A DNA stretch of 64,000 bases from Planctomycetota bacterium (GTDB lineage Bacteria > Planctomycetota > UBA1135 > UBA2386). Numbering within the stretch: position 1 is the stretch's first letter; each line of letters starts with the position of its first letter. Below are positions 17,445-25,809 of this stretch, one piece after another. The DNA is taken from the NCBI GenBank assembly GCA_965228735.1, contig OZ245838.1, forward strand, positions 4,640,001 through 4,704,000, written 5' to 3'. Under the pieces are notes generated by a model. It was not told where the DNA came from, did no database searches, and saw nothing but the letters and a program-made list of their open reading frames with translations. The translations under genes were made by a program, and so were the position numbers.

Positions 17445-18830
17445 TTGCAGGTTCCTGTTCGACTTACCAAGGAGTCCCTGTTCGGCTTCTTGACGAGCAC
17501 GCGACTGCCCGTCGTCTCGAGCATCGCGACCGTCATTCGCTGGGTCTCGCTGGGCCTTTGCGTTGCCGGACTCGGGCACGCGCTGTTCTGCCTACTGCGG
17601 TACGACGATCCGTGGTGGGCGGCGGATCTGCCGTGGTCGGGGGCGTTGCCGGTGCTGGTCGCAGCGCCGGTGTTCGGGGCGGCCTGGCTGCATTGGCGGC
17701 GGCGGCGCATCGATCGGGCCGCGCTGCTGATGTTCGTGGCGCTGCTCGCGCTCTCGAGCCTGGCGAACTGGCCGCGCGGGGCGTTCAGCCCGGCATGGTA
17801 TCTGCACCCGTTCCTCGCGCTGCTTGCGACGATGGCGCTCGGTGTGATTCCGGGGCTCGGTCTCACGCTCGCGGCGGTCACGGTCATGTTGCTTGCCGCA
17901 TCCGTCGGTCCGGCGGCGGTCGGGGTCGGGACGGGAGCGGGTGGATCGGTCCAGGGCGACGTCTGGGTGCACGTCACGAGCCTCTGTGCGCTGACGCTCG
18001 CATCGGCGCTCGTCGGCGCGATCACCAACCGGCTCGTGTTCATGGCGCTGGTCACCGCGGAATCCCAACGCCGCAAGAACTTCGAGTCGAGCCGCGCCTT
18101 GCGTTACCGCGAGAAGCTGCTGCGTCACGCGCTGCGCGTCGAGACGGTCGGCGACCTCGCCGGCATGGTCTGCCATCAGTTGCGCAACGCCCATCAGGTG
18201 CTGCTCGGTCACGTGACCCTCGCAATGGGCGCCGACGAAACCGAGCGCACGGAGCGCCTCGCGGCCATCGAACGCACCCTCGGCGAGACCCAGCCGTTGT
18301 TGCAGCAGCTGATGCGGATGGCGCATCCGGACGAAGGCGCAACGACACCGACGGACCTGAGCGCTTTGGCACGCGAGTTCTTCGGGCAGGCGCGGCTCAT
18401 CGTGCCCGAGGCGATCACGATGCGGTCGGAGATCGCCGATGGCCCGCTGCCGGCGCTGATCAACCCGCAGGGCCTGTCGCACGCGCTCTGGAACCTCGTG
18501 ATCAACGCCCGGCAGGCGCTCGGCGGCAGCGGCATGATCCGGATTCGGTGCGGCGGCAATCGCTCCCAGGTCTGGATCGAGATCGCCGATGACGGCCCCG
18601 GGATCCCGGCAGAAGTCCGCGAACGGATCTACGACCCCTACTTCACGACCAAACCGCCCGGGCAAGGAACCGGACTCGGATTGACGGCCGTGGCGCGCTT
18701 CGTCCGGGCCAGCAACGGGGTCATCCAGCTCGCGAGCGAGATCGAGGAGGGGACGGCGTTCCGGATGCGGTTCCCGCGGGCGGCCGAGAGTGCGGAAGCG
18801 ACCGCGGCGCGCGGGGCGGCCGGGGCCTGA
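17445..18830 (+). CDS. Membrane sensor histidine kinase
   Basis: Multi-TM N-terminus, H-box AGMVCHQLRN, N-box NLVINA, and DDGPGI, PYFTTK, GTGLGL. Confidence 0.9.
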   Translation: MQVPVRLTKESLFGFLTSTRLPVVSSIATVIRWVSLGLCVAGLGHALFCLLRYDDPWWAADLPWSGALPVLVAAPVFGAAWLHWRRRRIDRAALLMFVALLALSSLANWPRGAFSPAWYLHPFLALLATMALGVIPGLGLTLAAVTVMLLAASVGPAAVGVGTGAGGSVQGDVWVHVTSLCALTLASALVGAITNRLVFMALVTAESQRRKNFESSRALRYREKLLRHALRVETVGDLAGMVCHQLRNAHQVLLGHVTLAMGADETERTERLAAIERTLGETQPLLQQLMRMAHPDEGATTPTDLSALAREFFGQARLIVPEAITMRSEIADGPLPALINPQGLSHALWNLVINARQALGGSGMIRIRCGGNRSQVWIEIADDGPGIPAEVRERIYDPYFTTKPPGQGTGLGLTAVARFVRASNGVIQLASEIEEGTAFRMRFPRAAESAEATAARGAAGA

Positions 18831-18838
18831 CGCGCGGG

Positions 18839-19177
18839 TCAGCCGAGCGCGACCGCACGACCGAGCTTCTGGCCCAGGATCCCGGCGAGGATCGCGTGCA
18901 GCGTGCCGCGGCCCTTGGTGTCGAGCCACTGCCCTGCGGTCGGGTCGTAGCTGAAGTGCCACGCGGACGCGCCCTCGGCGAGCCAGATCTGGCTCGCGGC
19001 AGCTTGCCGGTTGAGCACGCAGTGACGCCCGTCGGCAAACGTCATCTTCAGCACGCCGCCCGCGTAGTCGGCCTCGAGTTCGTCCGGGTCGATGGCGTCC
19101 AACGCCTCGAGGATCGCCGTGAGGCAGGCCTCGGAACGGGCGGAGAAGTCGGGGTCGTGGGGCGCGGTGTTGGCCAT
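18839..19177 (-). CDS. cyaY: Frataxin-like iron donor protein
   Basis: Pattern GGVLKMTF-DG...VLNRQ...QIWLA...WHF. Confidence 0.88.
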   Translation of the reverse strand: MANTAPHDPDFSARSEACLTAILEALDAIDPDELEADYAGGVLKMTFADGRHCVLNRQAAASQIWLAEGASAWHFSYDPTAGQWLDTKGRGTLHAILAGILGQKLGRAVALG

Positions 19178-19240
19178 GGCGGGATCCGCAGGGGCAGACC
19201 AAAAACTAGGTCAGGGGCTTGCCAAGACGAGAGCAGGGCG

Positions 19241-19284
19241 AGAAAAAGAGTGGCCGACGATCCTCTCCCAGGATCGCCGGCCAC
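19241..19284 (-). terminator. Rho-independent terminator
   Basis: Minus strand: GTGGCCGGCGATCCT-GGGAG-AGGATCGTCGGCCAC followed by TCTTTTTCT. Confidence 0.85.
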
Positions 19285-19287
19285 GAT

Positions 19288-19400
19288 AGTGGGTCCCGGC
19301 CGCGACTTGTGCCCTCTCGAATCCGCGGTCTGCCAGCGAGCTTCAGTTTTCAGGCCTTGGCTCGTTGTCAAACCGCGTTGCGCGGCCGGGACCACTCGTC
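19288..19400 (-). ncRNA. Candidate structured ncRNA (rod-shaped; 6S-like, or a cis-leader of cyaY)
   Basis: Outer stem AGTGGTCCCGGCCGCG/CGCGGCCGGGACCCACT, an asymmetric internal loop, and inner stem CGCGGTTTGACAACGAGC/GCTCGCTGGCAGACCGCG. A TACATT -10-like box lies upstream and the terminator directly downstream. Confidence 0.6.
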
Positions 19401-19598
19401 CCATGCAATGTAGTAGACGCATGAACGGGCGAAACTTTCCGAAGCAGAGCGGGTTTTTCTGCTCGTTGGCACGCCCGAGTCCCGAACGGGCCCCTTGGTG
19501 AAGAGCGCAGCGCCCTTGCCTGGGCCAGGTTGTGGCCGTTCGGATGCGATGTTTGAAGATTGTGCCAGCAGGTGGCACGCGCGCCGTTCGCTGCCGGT

Positions 19599-20585
19599 TC
19601 AGAGCGCGCGTTCGGCCGCTGTTCGCCACGCCGGATACAGATCTGCGACCGATTGACGCTCCGCCTCGGCCTCGAAGCCGAGGAGAACTCGATGCCGGAG
19701 AGCCGGCATGACACATGCGTCGATGTCTGCACGATCGATTGCGGGTCGCCCTGACAACAGAGCGCGGGCCTTGGCGCCGAGCACGATGGCCTGCCCGGCG
19801 CGCGCACTAGCGCCGTAACGCACGAACCGTTGCGTGCGTTCATCCGACTCGGGATTCGGATGCGTCGCGAGAATCAGGTGCGCGACGTAACGCAGCAGGT
19901 GCGAGCCGCACAGCACGTCACGCACGATGCCCTGCAGCTCGCTGAGCTCCTCGGCGGTCAGCTGCGGCGCCTGCGCGGCGGCCGCGCCGCCCGTCGTCGT
20001 CTCGAGGATGCGGACCATCGCATCCGCGGACGGCGTGGCGACGTCGAGGCGAAACAGGAACCGATCGAGCTGGGCCTCGGGCAGCGGAAACGTGCCCTCG
20101 AGTTCGATCGGGTTCTGCGTCGCGATCACGTGGAACGGCCGCTTCAGCTGGTGGGTCGTGCCGGCGACCGTCACGGAATGCTCCTGCATCGCCTCGAGCA
20201 GCGCCGACTGGGTCTTCGGGGTGGCGCGGTTGATCTCGTCGGCGAGCACGATGCCGGCGAAGATCGGCCCGCGCTGGAACCGGAACGCGCGGCGGCCGCC
20301 TTCTTCGTCCAGCACCTGCGTGCCCGTGATGTCGGTCGGCATGAGGTCCGGCGTGCACTGGATCCGCGAGTCCTCGAGGCCGAGGCCTTGCGCGAGCTTG
20401 CGCACGAGCAGGGTCTTGCCGAGGCCCGGCAGACCCTCGAGCAGCACGTGACCGCCCGCGAGGATGCCGATGAGCAGGTCCTCGATCAGGCGATCCTGGC
20501 CGATGATCTGGCTGCTGAGCTGCGTGTGAAGGTCGCGGACCTTCTTGACGAGAGCGGTGGCGCGTTCCTGGATCGCTTCGGCCAT
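19599..20585 (-). CDS. MoxR-family AAA+ ATPase
   Basis: Motifs GHVLLEGLPGLGKT, RIQCTPDLMPTD, LADEINRATPKTQSALLEAM and LPEAQLDRF. Confidence 0.95.
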   Translation of the reverse strand: MAEAIQERATALVKKVRDLHTQLSSQIIGQDRLIEDLLIGILAGGHVLLEGLPGLGKTLLVRKLAQGLGLEDSRIQCTPDLMPTDITGTQVLDEEGGRRAFRFQRGPIFAGIVLADEINRATPKTQSALLEAMQEHSVTVAGTTHQLKRPFHVIATQNPIELEGTFPLPEAQLDRFLFRLDVATPSADAMVRILETTTGGAAAAQAPQLTAEELSELQGIVRDVLCGSHLLRYVAHLILATHPNPESDERTQRFVRYGASARAGQAIVLGAKARALLSGRPAIDRADIDACVMPALRHRVLLGFEAEAERQSVADLYPAWRTAAERAL

Positions 20586-20617
20586 GGTTCCGCCGCAGTC
20601 TACGGCGGGGTGCTGGC

Positions 20618-21538
20618 TCAAATCCCGCGTCGCATGGATTTGTGCTCGAGGTAGCGCTCGGCGCGGTCGGGCAGGATCGCGACGATCGTCTTGCCCTGGT
20701 TGGCCGGGCGGCGCGCGACGGCGACGGCGGCCTGCACGACGGCGCCGCTCGCCGGGCCGAGGAGCAGGCCTTCGGAACGGGCGAGCGCCCGCACGCCTTC
20801 GGACGCTTCTTCGTCCGCGATGCGGGCGATCTCGGCGAGGTCGCTCGGTGCGAGGATGTCCGGGATGAAGCCGGGGCCGAGCCCCGGGATGTCGTGCGGG
20901 CCGGCCTCGCCGCCGCTGAGCACGGCGCTGCTCGCGGGTTCGACCCCGATCACGTCGACCTTGCGGTCGCCGAAGAACGCGGCGCACCCCGCGGCCGTGC
21001 CGCCCGTGCCGACCGGCGCGACGACGATGTCGACCTTGCCGTCGGTGTCGCGCCAGATCTCGCGCGCGGTGGTCTGCGCGTGCGTGTCCGCATTGCTGCG
21101 GTTGGTGAACGCCTGCAGACAGACCCCGCCAGTGCCCTTGGCGATCTGCTCCGCCCGACTCATCGCGCCGCGCATGCCGTCGTTCGACGGCGTCTGTTCG
21201 ACCCGCGCGCCGAACGCCTGGAACAGCGCGAGCCGACTCTCGGGTTGATACTCGGGCATGGTCAGTACGACCTGATAGCCGAGCCGGGCGCCGACCATCG
21301 CGATCGCGAGGCCGAGGTCGCCGCTGCTGCACTCGACGATCGTGCCGCCCGGTTCGAGGTAGCCCTGCTGCTCGGCGTGCCGGATCATCGCGAGCGCCGC
21401 GCGATCCTTGTTGCTGCCCGATGGGCTCATCGCCTCGAGCTTGCCGAAGAGTCGGACGCCGGTGGGGGCGATCGCGGACAGTTCGACGAGCGGGGTGTCG
21501 CCGATCAGCCAGGTGACATCACTCGCGAATCGTGCCAT
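20618..21538 (-). CDS. PLP-dependent cysteine synthase family protein (CysK-like, with a diverged substrate loop)
   Basis: Motifs IGDTPLV, SGSNKDR (PLP Lys), VGTGGT, GVEP and IPGLGPGFIP. Confidence 0.88.
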   Translation of the reverse strand: MARFASDVTWLIGDTPLVELSAIAPTGVRLFGKLEAMSPSGSNKDRAALAMIRHAEQQGYLEPGGTIVECSSGDLGLAIAMVGARLGYQVVLTMPEYQPESRLALFQAFGARVEQTPSNDGMRGAMSRAEQIAKGTGGVCLQAFTNRSNADTHAQTTAREIWRDTDGKVDIVVAPVGTGGTAAGCAAFFGDRKVDVIGVEPASSAVLSGGEAGPHDIPGLGPGFIPDILAPSDLAEIARIADEEASEGVRALARSEGLLLGPASGAVVQAAVAVARRPANQGKTIVAILPDRAERYLEHKSMRRGI

Positions 21539-21573
21539 TCGGCAAGCGTAGCTTGGTCGAGAGGTCGCACCAG

Positions 21574-22740
21574 ATGATGATGCCGCGCATGACGAGCTCG
21601 CGTTCGCTGATCGGATTCGCAGTCATGTTCGCGGCGTGTGCGGGCGTTTCGCCGCGTCCGAATGCAGCCAATGCGGATTCGTTGCCGAGTCGCACGTTGT
21701 CGCGCAGCGAGGCCGAGCAGTTGCGGTCGATCGTCGAACAGGCCAAGGAAGACATCATCCGCCGGCGCTACGACGCGGCGGCCCGCGGCGTCGAGGCGGC
21801 GCTCGCGCTCGACCCGCGCAGCGCCCGGGCGCACGCGATCCGCGGCATCGTGCGGCTCGAACGCGCCCGCGCCCAGGAGCCGCCGGACATCTTCCTGCAG
21901 AACAGCGGCGAAGCCGACACCGTGATCGCGGAGCAGCTGGCGCCGAACGACCCGTTCGTCGCGTGGATGCGCGCGCACTTCCTGGCCGAGAGTGGTCACC
22001 TCAGCGCCGCCGCCGCCGCGGCCGAGGCGGGCATCCAGCGCGCCGCGGGTTCGCCGCCCGACCAACTCGCGGCGCTGTACGGCGCGGCCGGGACCTATCG
22101 CTACGAGCTCGGCGAGGAGCGCACCGCTCTGCCGCTGCTCGAGCGCTACGTCGAGTTGCAGCCCGACGACGCGGCCGCGCGGTTTCGCATGGGCAACTGC
22201 CTGCTGCGCCAGGCGATCGTGCCGCTCGCCGCCGAGCTGACGGCGGACGCGATCGCGCAGGGCGACGCGGTCCGCGCGTCCCGGTCGTTCGACGCTTGTT
22301 TCGAGTTGGCGCCTGGCGATGACGACGCCGCGCTCGCGGCGGGCGCAGCTCTCGTGCGCGCGGCCGAGCTCGCGAGCAAGCGCGTGGCCTCCGGCGATCC
22401 GGGCCTCGAGCCCGAGGTTCCGGATGAGCTGCTGGATCAGGCGATGGCGCGCTTCGAAACGGTCGCGGAGCGCTTTCCCGACAACGCCGAAGCGGTGTTT
22501 CGCATCGGCGTGGTGCACGAAGAACGCGACGATGCAGTCGCGGCGGCCACGTCCTACGAGCTCGCGCTCGGCCGCGACCCGAAGCATCTCGGCAGCCTGC
22601 TCAACCTCGCGGCGCTGCGCGCCGAATCGGACCCGACTGCAGCGCGCGAGCTCTGGCGCCGCGCGCTCGCGGCCGACGCAACGCGCGGCGGTCTGACGGA
22701 CCGCGAGCGCCGCGACCTGCAGGCGCGCGTCGACGGCTGA
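21574..22740 (+). CDS. TPR-repeat lipoprotein
   Basis: Lipobox FAAC and repeated helical TPR-like units (ALALDPRSARAH, YVELQPDDAAARFRMG, ALGRDPKHLGSLLNLA). Confidence 0.75.
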   Translation: MMMPRMTSSRSLIGFAVMFAACAGVSPRPNAANADSLPSRTLSRSEAEQLRSIVEQAKEDIIRRRYDAAARGVEAALALDPRSARAHAIRGIVRLERARAQEPPDIFLQNSGEADTVIAEQLAPNDPFVAWMRAHFLAESGHLSAAAAAAEAGIQRAAGSPPDQLAALYGAAGTYRYELGEERTALPLLERYVELQPDDAAARFRMGNCLLRQAIVPLAAELTADAIAQGDAVRASRSFDACFELAPGDDDAALAAGAALVRAAELASKRVASGDPGLEPEVPDELLDQAMARFETVAERFPDNAEAVFRIGVVHEERDDAVAAATSYELALGRDPKHLGSLLNLAALRAESDPTAARELWRRALAADATRGGLTDRERRDLQARVDG

Positions 22741-22756
22741 GAGCAGCTGCCGAAGA

Positions 22757-22791
22757 TGGCCGTACCGAACCCGCTTCGAATCCGCCACTCG
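22757..22791. repeat. Single copy of a REP-like intergenic repeat (same family as 49681-49797)
   Basis: TGGCCGTACCGAACCCGCTTCGAATCCGCCACTCG matches the reverse complement of 49762-49796 with 3 mismatches. It lies between convergent genes. Confidence 0.75.
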
Positions 22792-22829
22792 ACGGGCGGG
22801 TCGGGGCGCGGTCGCCTCACGGTCGCCGT

Positions 22830-23603
22830 CTACGCGCCCATGATGCTGTAGCCGGCATCCACGTAGATCGTCTGCCCCGTGATCCCCGAGCTCAGCTGCG
22901 ACAGCAGGAACGCGGCCGTGTTGCCGACGTCGGCCTGGTCGACGTTGCGCTTCAGCGGCGACTTGTCGGCCATCGAATCCAGCAGGCTGTTGAAGTCGGA
23001 CACGCCCATCGCGGACACGGTCTTGATCGGGCCGGCCGAGATCGCGTTGACGCGGGTGCCCTGCGGGCCGAGGTCGTTGGCGAGGTAGCGCGTGCTGGCC
23101 TCGAGCGCGGCCTTCGCGACGCCCATGACGTTGTAGTTCTGCACGACCTTCTCGGCGCCGTAGTAGCTCAGGCAGACGACGCCGGCGTTGCGGCCCTCCA
23201 TCATCGGCGCCGCGGCCTTGCAGAGGCCGACGAGCGACCAGGCCGAGACCTGTTGCGCGAGGGCGTAGCCGTCCCACGACGTGTCGCGGAAGTTGCCGCC
23301 GAGCTCTTCGCGCTTGGCGAACGCGATCGAATGCACGAGGCCGTCGAGGCCGTCGAACTCCTTGCCGAGGGCCTCGAAGCAACGGTCGATGTCGCCGTCG
23401 ACCGTGACATCGCATGGCGCGAGAACCGTGTCGTCGCCGAGATCGCCGGCGAGCTTCTTCACCGCGTCGCCCATGCGCTCGTTCTGGTAGGTCAGCGCGA
23501 TGCGGGCGCCTTCGCGGTGGAGCGCCTGAGCGATGCCCCAGGCGATGGAGCGCTTGTTGGCCACCCCGAAGATGACGACGTTCTTGCCGGACAATAGTGC
23601 CAT
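22830..23603 (-). CDS. fabI: Enoyl-ACP reductase
   Basis: Motifs GVANKRSIAWGIA, VHSIAFA, YNVMGVAKAALE and RVNAISAGPIKT. Confidence 0.96.
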   Translation of the reverse strand: MALLSGKNVVIFGVANKRSIAWGIAQALHREGARIALTYQNERMGDAVKKLAGDLGDDTVLAPCDVTVDGDIDRCFEALGKEFDGLDGLVHSIAFAKREELGGNFRDTSWDGYALAQQVSAWSLVGLCKAAAPMMEGRNAGVVCLSYYGAEKVVQNYNVMGVAKAALEASTRYLANDLGPQGTRVNAISAGPIKTVSAMGVSDFNSLLDSMADKSPLKRNVDQADVGNTAAFLLSQLSSGITGQTIYVDAGYSIMGA

Positions 23604-23638
23604 GCCGGCGATCCTAGGCCGTGTCCGGCCTCCGATCA

Positions 23639-24700
23639 CTACTCCGGCTCGGCGCGAGCGCGATCGGCCTGCCGGAACGCCTTGCGGGAGACGGTCGTCC
23701 ACGGCGTCTCCTCGTCGATCGGATGCCATCGCAGTCGGCCGCGGGCTTCGGCTTCGCCGCCGTGAACGCAGTAGGTGATCCGATGGCGCGTGATCGCGTG
23801 GCGGACCCGGGCCAGCTCGCTCCCGACCGTCACGTTCGCCGCGTAGCGCTGCTGCAGAACGCCGCCGAGGGTCGCGGCATCGGCCGTCACGAGCACGCCG
23901 GCGCCCGGCAGTTCGATCTGTCCGGCATTGGGTTCGTCGTCCGGCACGCGGGCGCCGAGGGCCTGGGAGCTGGGGGCCTGGCCGTTCTTGAGCACGAGAA
24001 CGGCGCGCGACGTCACGTCGATGGGCTCGGGGCGCGGCTTCCTGGCGGGGAGCTCCGCGGCCGTGCCTTCGGCCAGGGCCGTGCAGTCGGCCGCGACCGG
24101 GCAGTCGGCGCAGCGCGGCGATCGCGGCGTGCACACCGTGGCGCCGAGCTCCATGAGCGCCTGGTTGAAGTCGCCGGGGCGGCGCGGGTCGAGCTCGGCC
24201 GCTGCGTGCTCGCGCACCGCGCGTTGGGCGGGGCCGGCCTTGATGTCCGTCGTGATGCCGCGGTGGCGCGCGAAGACCCGTTCGACGTTGCCGTCGACGG
24301 CGGGTTCCGGAACGTCGAACGCGATCGACGCGATGGCGCCGCGCGTGTAGGTGCCGATGCCGGGCAGTTGCCCGAGCGCGTCGGGATCGTTCGGCACGCG
24401 GCCGTCGTGGTCGCGCACGACGGCGTGCGCGCCATCGCGGAGCAGCCGCGCTCGCCGGTAGTAGCCGAGGCCGCGCCAGGCGCGCATGAGCTCATCGTCG
24501 GTGACCGCAGCGAACGCGGCCGGGTCGGGATACGCGGCCATGAAGCGTTCGTACGCGTCGCGCACGGCCTCGACGCGCGTCTGCTGCAGCATGATCTCGC
24601 TGACCCAGATCGCCCACGGATCACGACTCCGACGCCACGGCAGGTCGCGTTGGCACTGGTCGAACCACGCGAGCAGGCGCGCGGCGAAGGTCCGCGCCAT
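23639..24700 (-). CDS. mutY: A/G-specific adenine glycosylase
   Basis: Motifs RDLPWR, WVSEIMLQQT, WRGLGYYRRA, LPGIG-YT, VDGNV and the 4Fe-4S motif CTPRSPRCADCPVAADC. Confidence 0.96.
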   Translation of the reverse strand: MARTFAARLLAWFDQCQRDLPWRRSRDPWAIWVSEIMLQQTRVEAVRDAYERFMAAYPDPAAFAAVTDDELMRAWRGLGYYRRARLLRDGAHAVVRDHDGRVPNDPDALGQLPGIGTYTRGAIASIAFDVPEPAVDGNVERVFARHRGITTDIKAGPAQRAVREHAAAELDPRRPGDFNQALMELGATVCTPRSPRCADCPVAADCTALAEGTAAELPARKPRPEPIDVTSRAVLVLKNGQAPSSQALGARVPDDEPNAGQIELPGAGVLVTADAATLGGVLQQRYAANVTVGSELARVRHAITRHRITYCVHGGEAEARGRLRWHPIDEETPWTTVSRKAFRQADRARAEPE

Positions 24701-25533
24701 CAGTCGCCGAGCGCGCTGGCGTCGGTGGGCCGCGACTGCAGCTCGAGGCCGAGGCGGTCGCGCAGGTCCTGTTCGGCCTGATCGAGCAGGTCGTTGAGCT
24801 GCACCGCGTTCTCACTCTCGCTCACGAGCGAGATGCGGATCGTGCGGGTGCGGTCGGCGCCCTGCACGCGGGTGCGGACGCTGACCATCGGGTGGCGCGC
24901 CGCGATGTCGCTGAGCGCCCGGCTGATCGAGCTCTCGTCCTGACCGTGGTAGTCGACCTGGCGCTCGCCGCGGACCGTGTCGGGCCCTTCGGCGCTCATC
25001 ACCGGCATGACGTCGACCGTGAAGAAGCGCTGCATCTCGGCCGGGACGCCGGGCAGCAGGAACACGGTCGTATCGTTCACCCGCAGGTGCACCGCCGGCG
25101 CCGTGCCGACCGTGTTGGGGTAGCACGTCGCGCCGACCGGGACGAACGACATGCCGCGCCGGGACTCGTTGAGCTCGGCGTCCTCGATGATGTCGCGCGC
25201 CTTGAGCCGCTTGTAGGACGCGGAGATGAATTCGAGCGCCTTGGGGTCCTCCTTGAGCTCGATGCCGGCCGCCTTGGCGAGGCAGCCGCGCGAGTTGTCG
25301 TCCCAGTTGGGGCCCATCCCGCCGGTCATCAGAACGAACGTGGGACGTTCCGAGATGGCCCATTTCAGGGCCGCGACCATCTCGGCCTCGACGCGGTCGA
25401 TGACCTGGATGGTGCGCACGCGATAGCCGATGTCGTCGAGCCGGTTGGCGATGAACGCCGCATTGCGGTCGACCACCGCTCCTTCGAGGATCTCGCGGGA
25501 AACGACGAGGATGATGACGCTTTTGTCGAACAA
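24700..25533 (-). CDS. CinA-like molybdopterin-binding domain protein (no PncC domain)
   Basis: Motifs EILEGAVVDRN, TGGMGPNWDD, NTVGTAP and LPGVPAEM. Confidence 0.8.
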   Translation of the reverse strand: MFDKSVIILVVSREILEGAVVDRNAAFIANRLDDIGYRVRTIQVIDRVEAEMVAALKWAISERPTFVLMTGGMGPNWDDNSRGCLAKAAGIELKEDPKALEFISASYKRLKARDIIEDAELNESRRGMSFVPVGATCYPNTVGTAPAVHLRVNDTTVFLLPGVPAEMQRFFTVDVMPVMSAEGPDTVRGERQVDYHGQDESSISRALSDIAARHPMVSVRTRVQGADRTRTIRISLVSESENAVQLNDLLDQAEQDLRDRLGLELQSRPTDASALGD

Positions 25534-25729
25534 ATCAGGACTCCGGGGGAAGGAGGACTGGGGCTGAATGGCGCGAGGCCGGGATCGGCGACCTGGGGCG
25601 GCGCCGCAACCCTCATGCTACAGGAAGGCCGTTGTTGAAGGTCCAGGATGGGTGCGGAAGAATGCTCTTTTCTGGCACCGGGATTCTCCTGACCGGCGCG
25701 CCGCCGAACGAATGCGGCGGGCCGGCTCG

Positions 25730-25773
25730 CTGGCACGTCCAACTGGCACGTCCAACTGGCACGTCCAACTGGC
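25730..25773. repeat. 13-bp tandem repeat (CTGGCACGTCCAA, 3 copies plus a partial) upstream of gyrA
   Basis: Three exact copies followed by CTGGC, ending 36 bp before the gyrA ATG. Confidence 0.9.
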
Positions 25774-25809
25774 GGATCCTGCACTCGACCGATCGCCCTG
25801 AGCTCGCAA

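Noticed and set aside
25730..25773. Sigma-54 promoters from TGGCAC motifs (also at 62749-62776)
   Set aside because: No correctly spaced TTGC -12 element.
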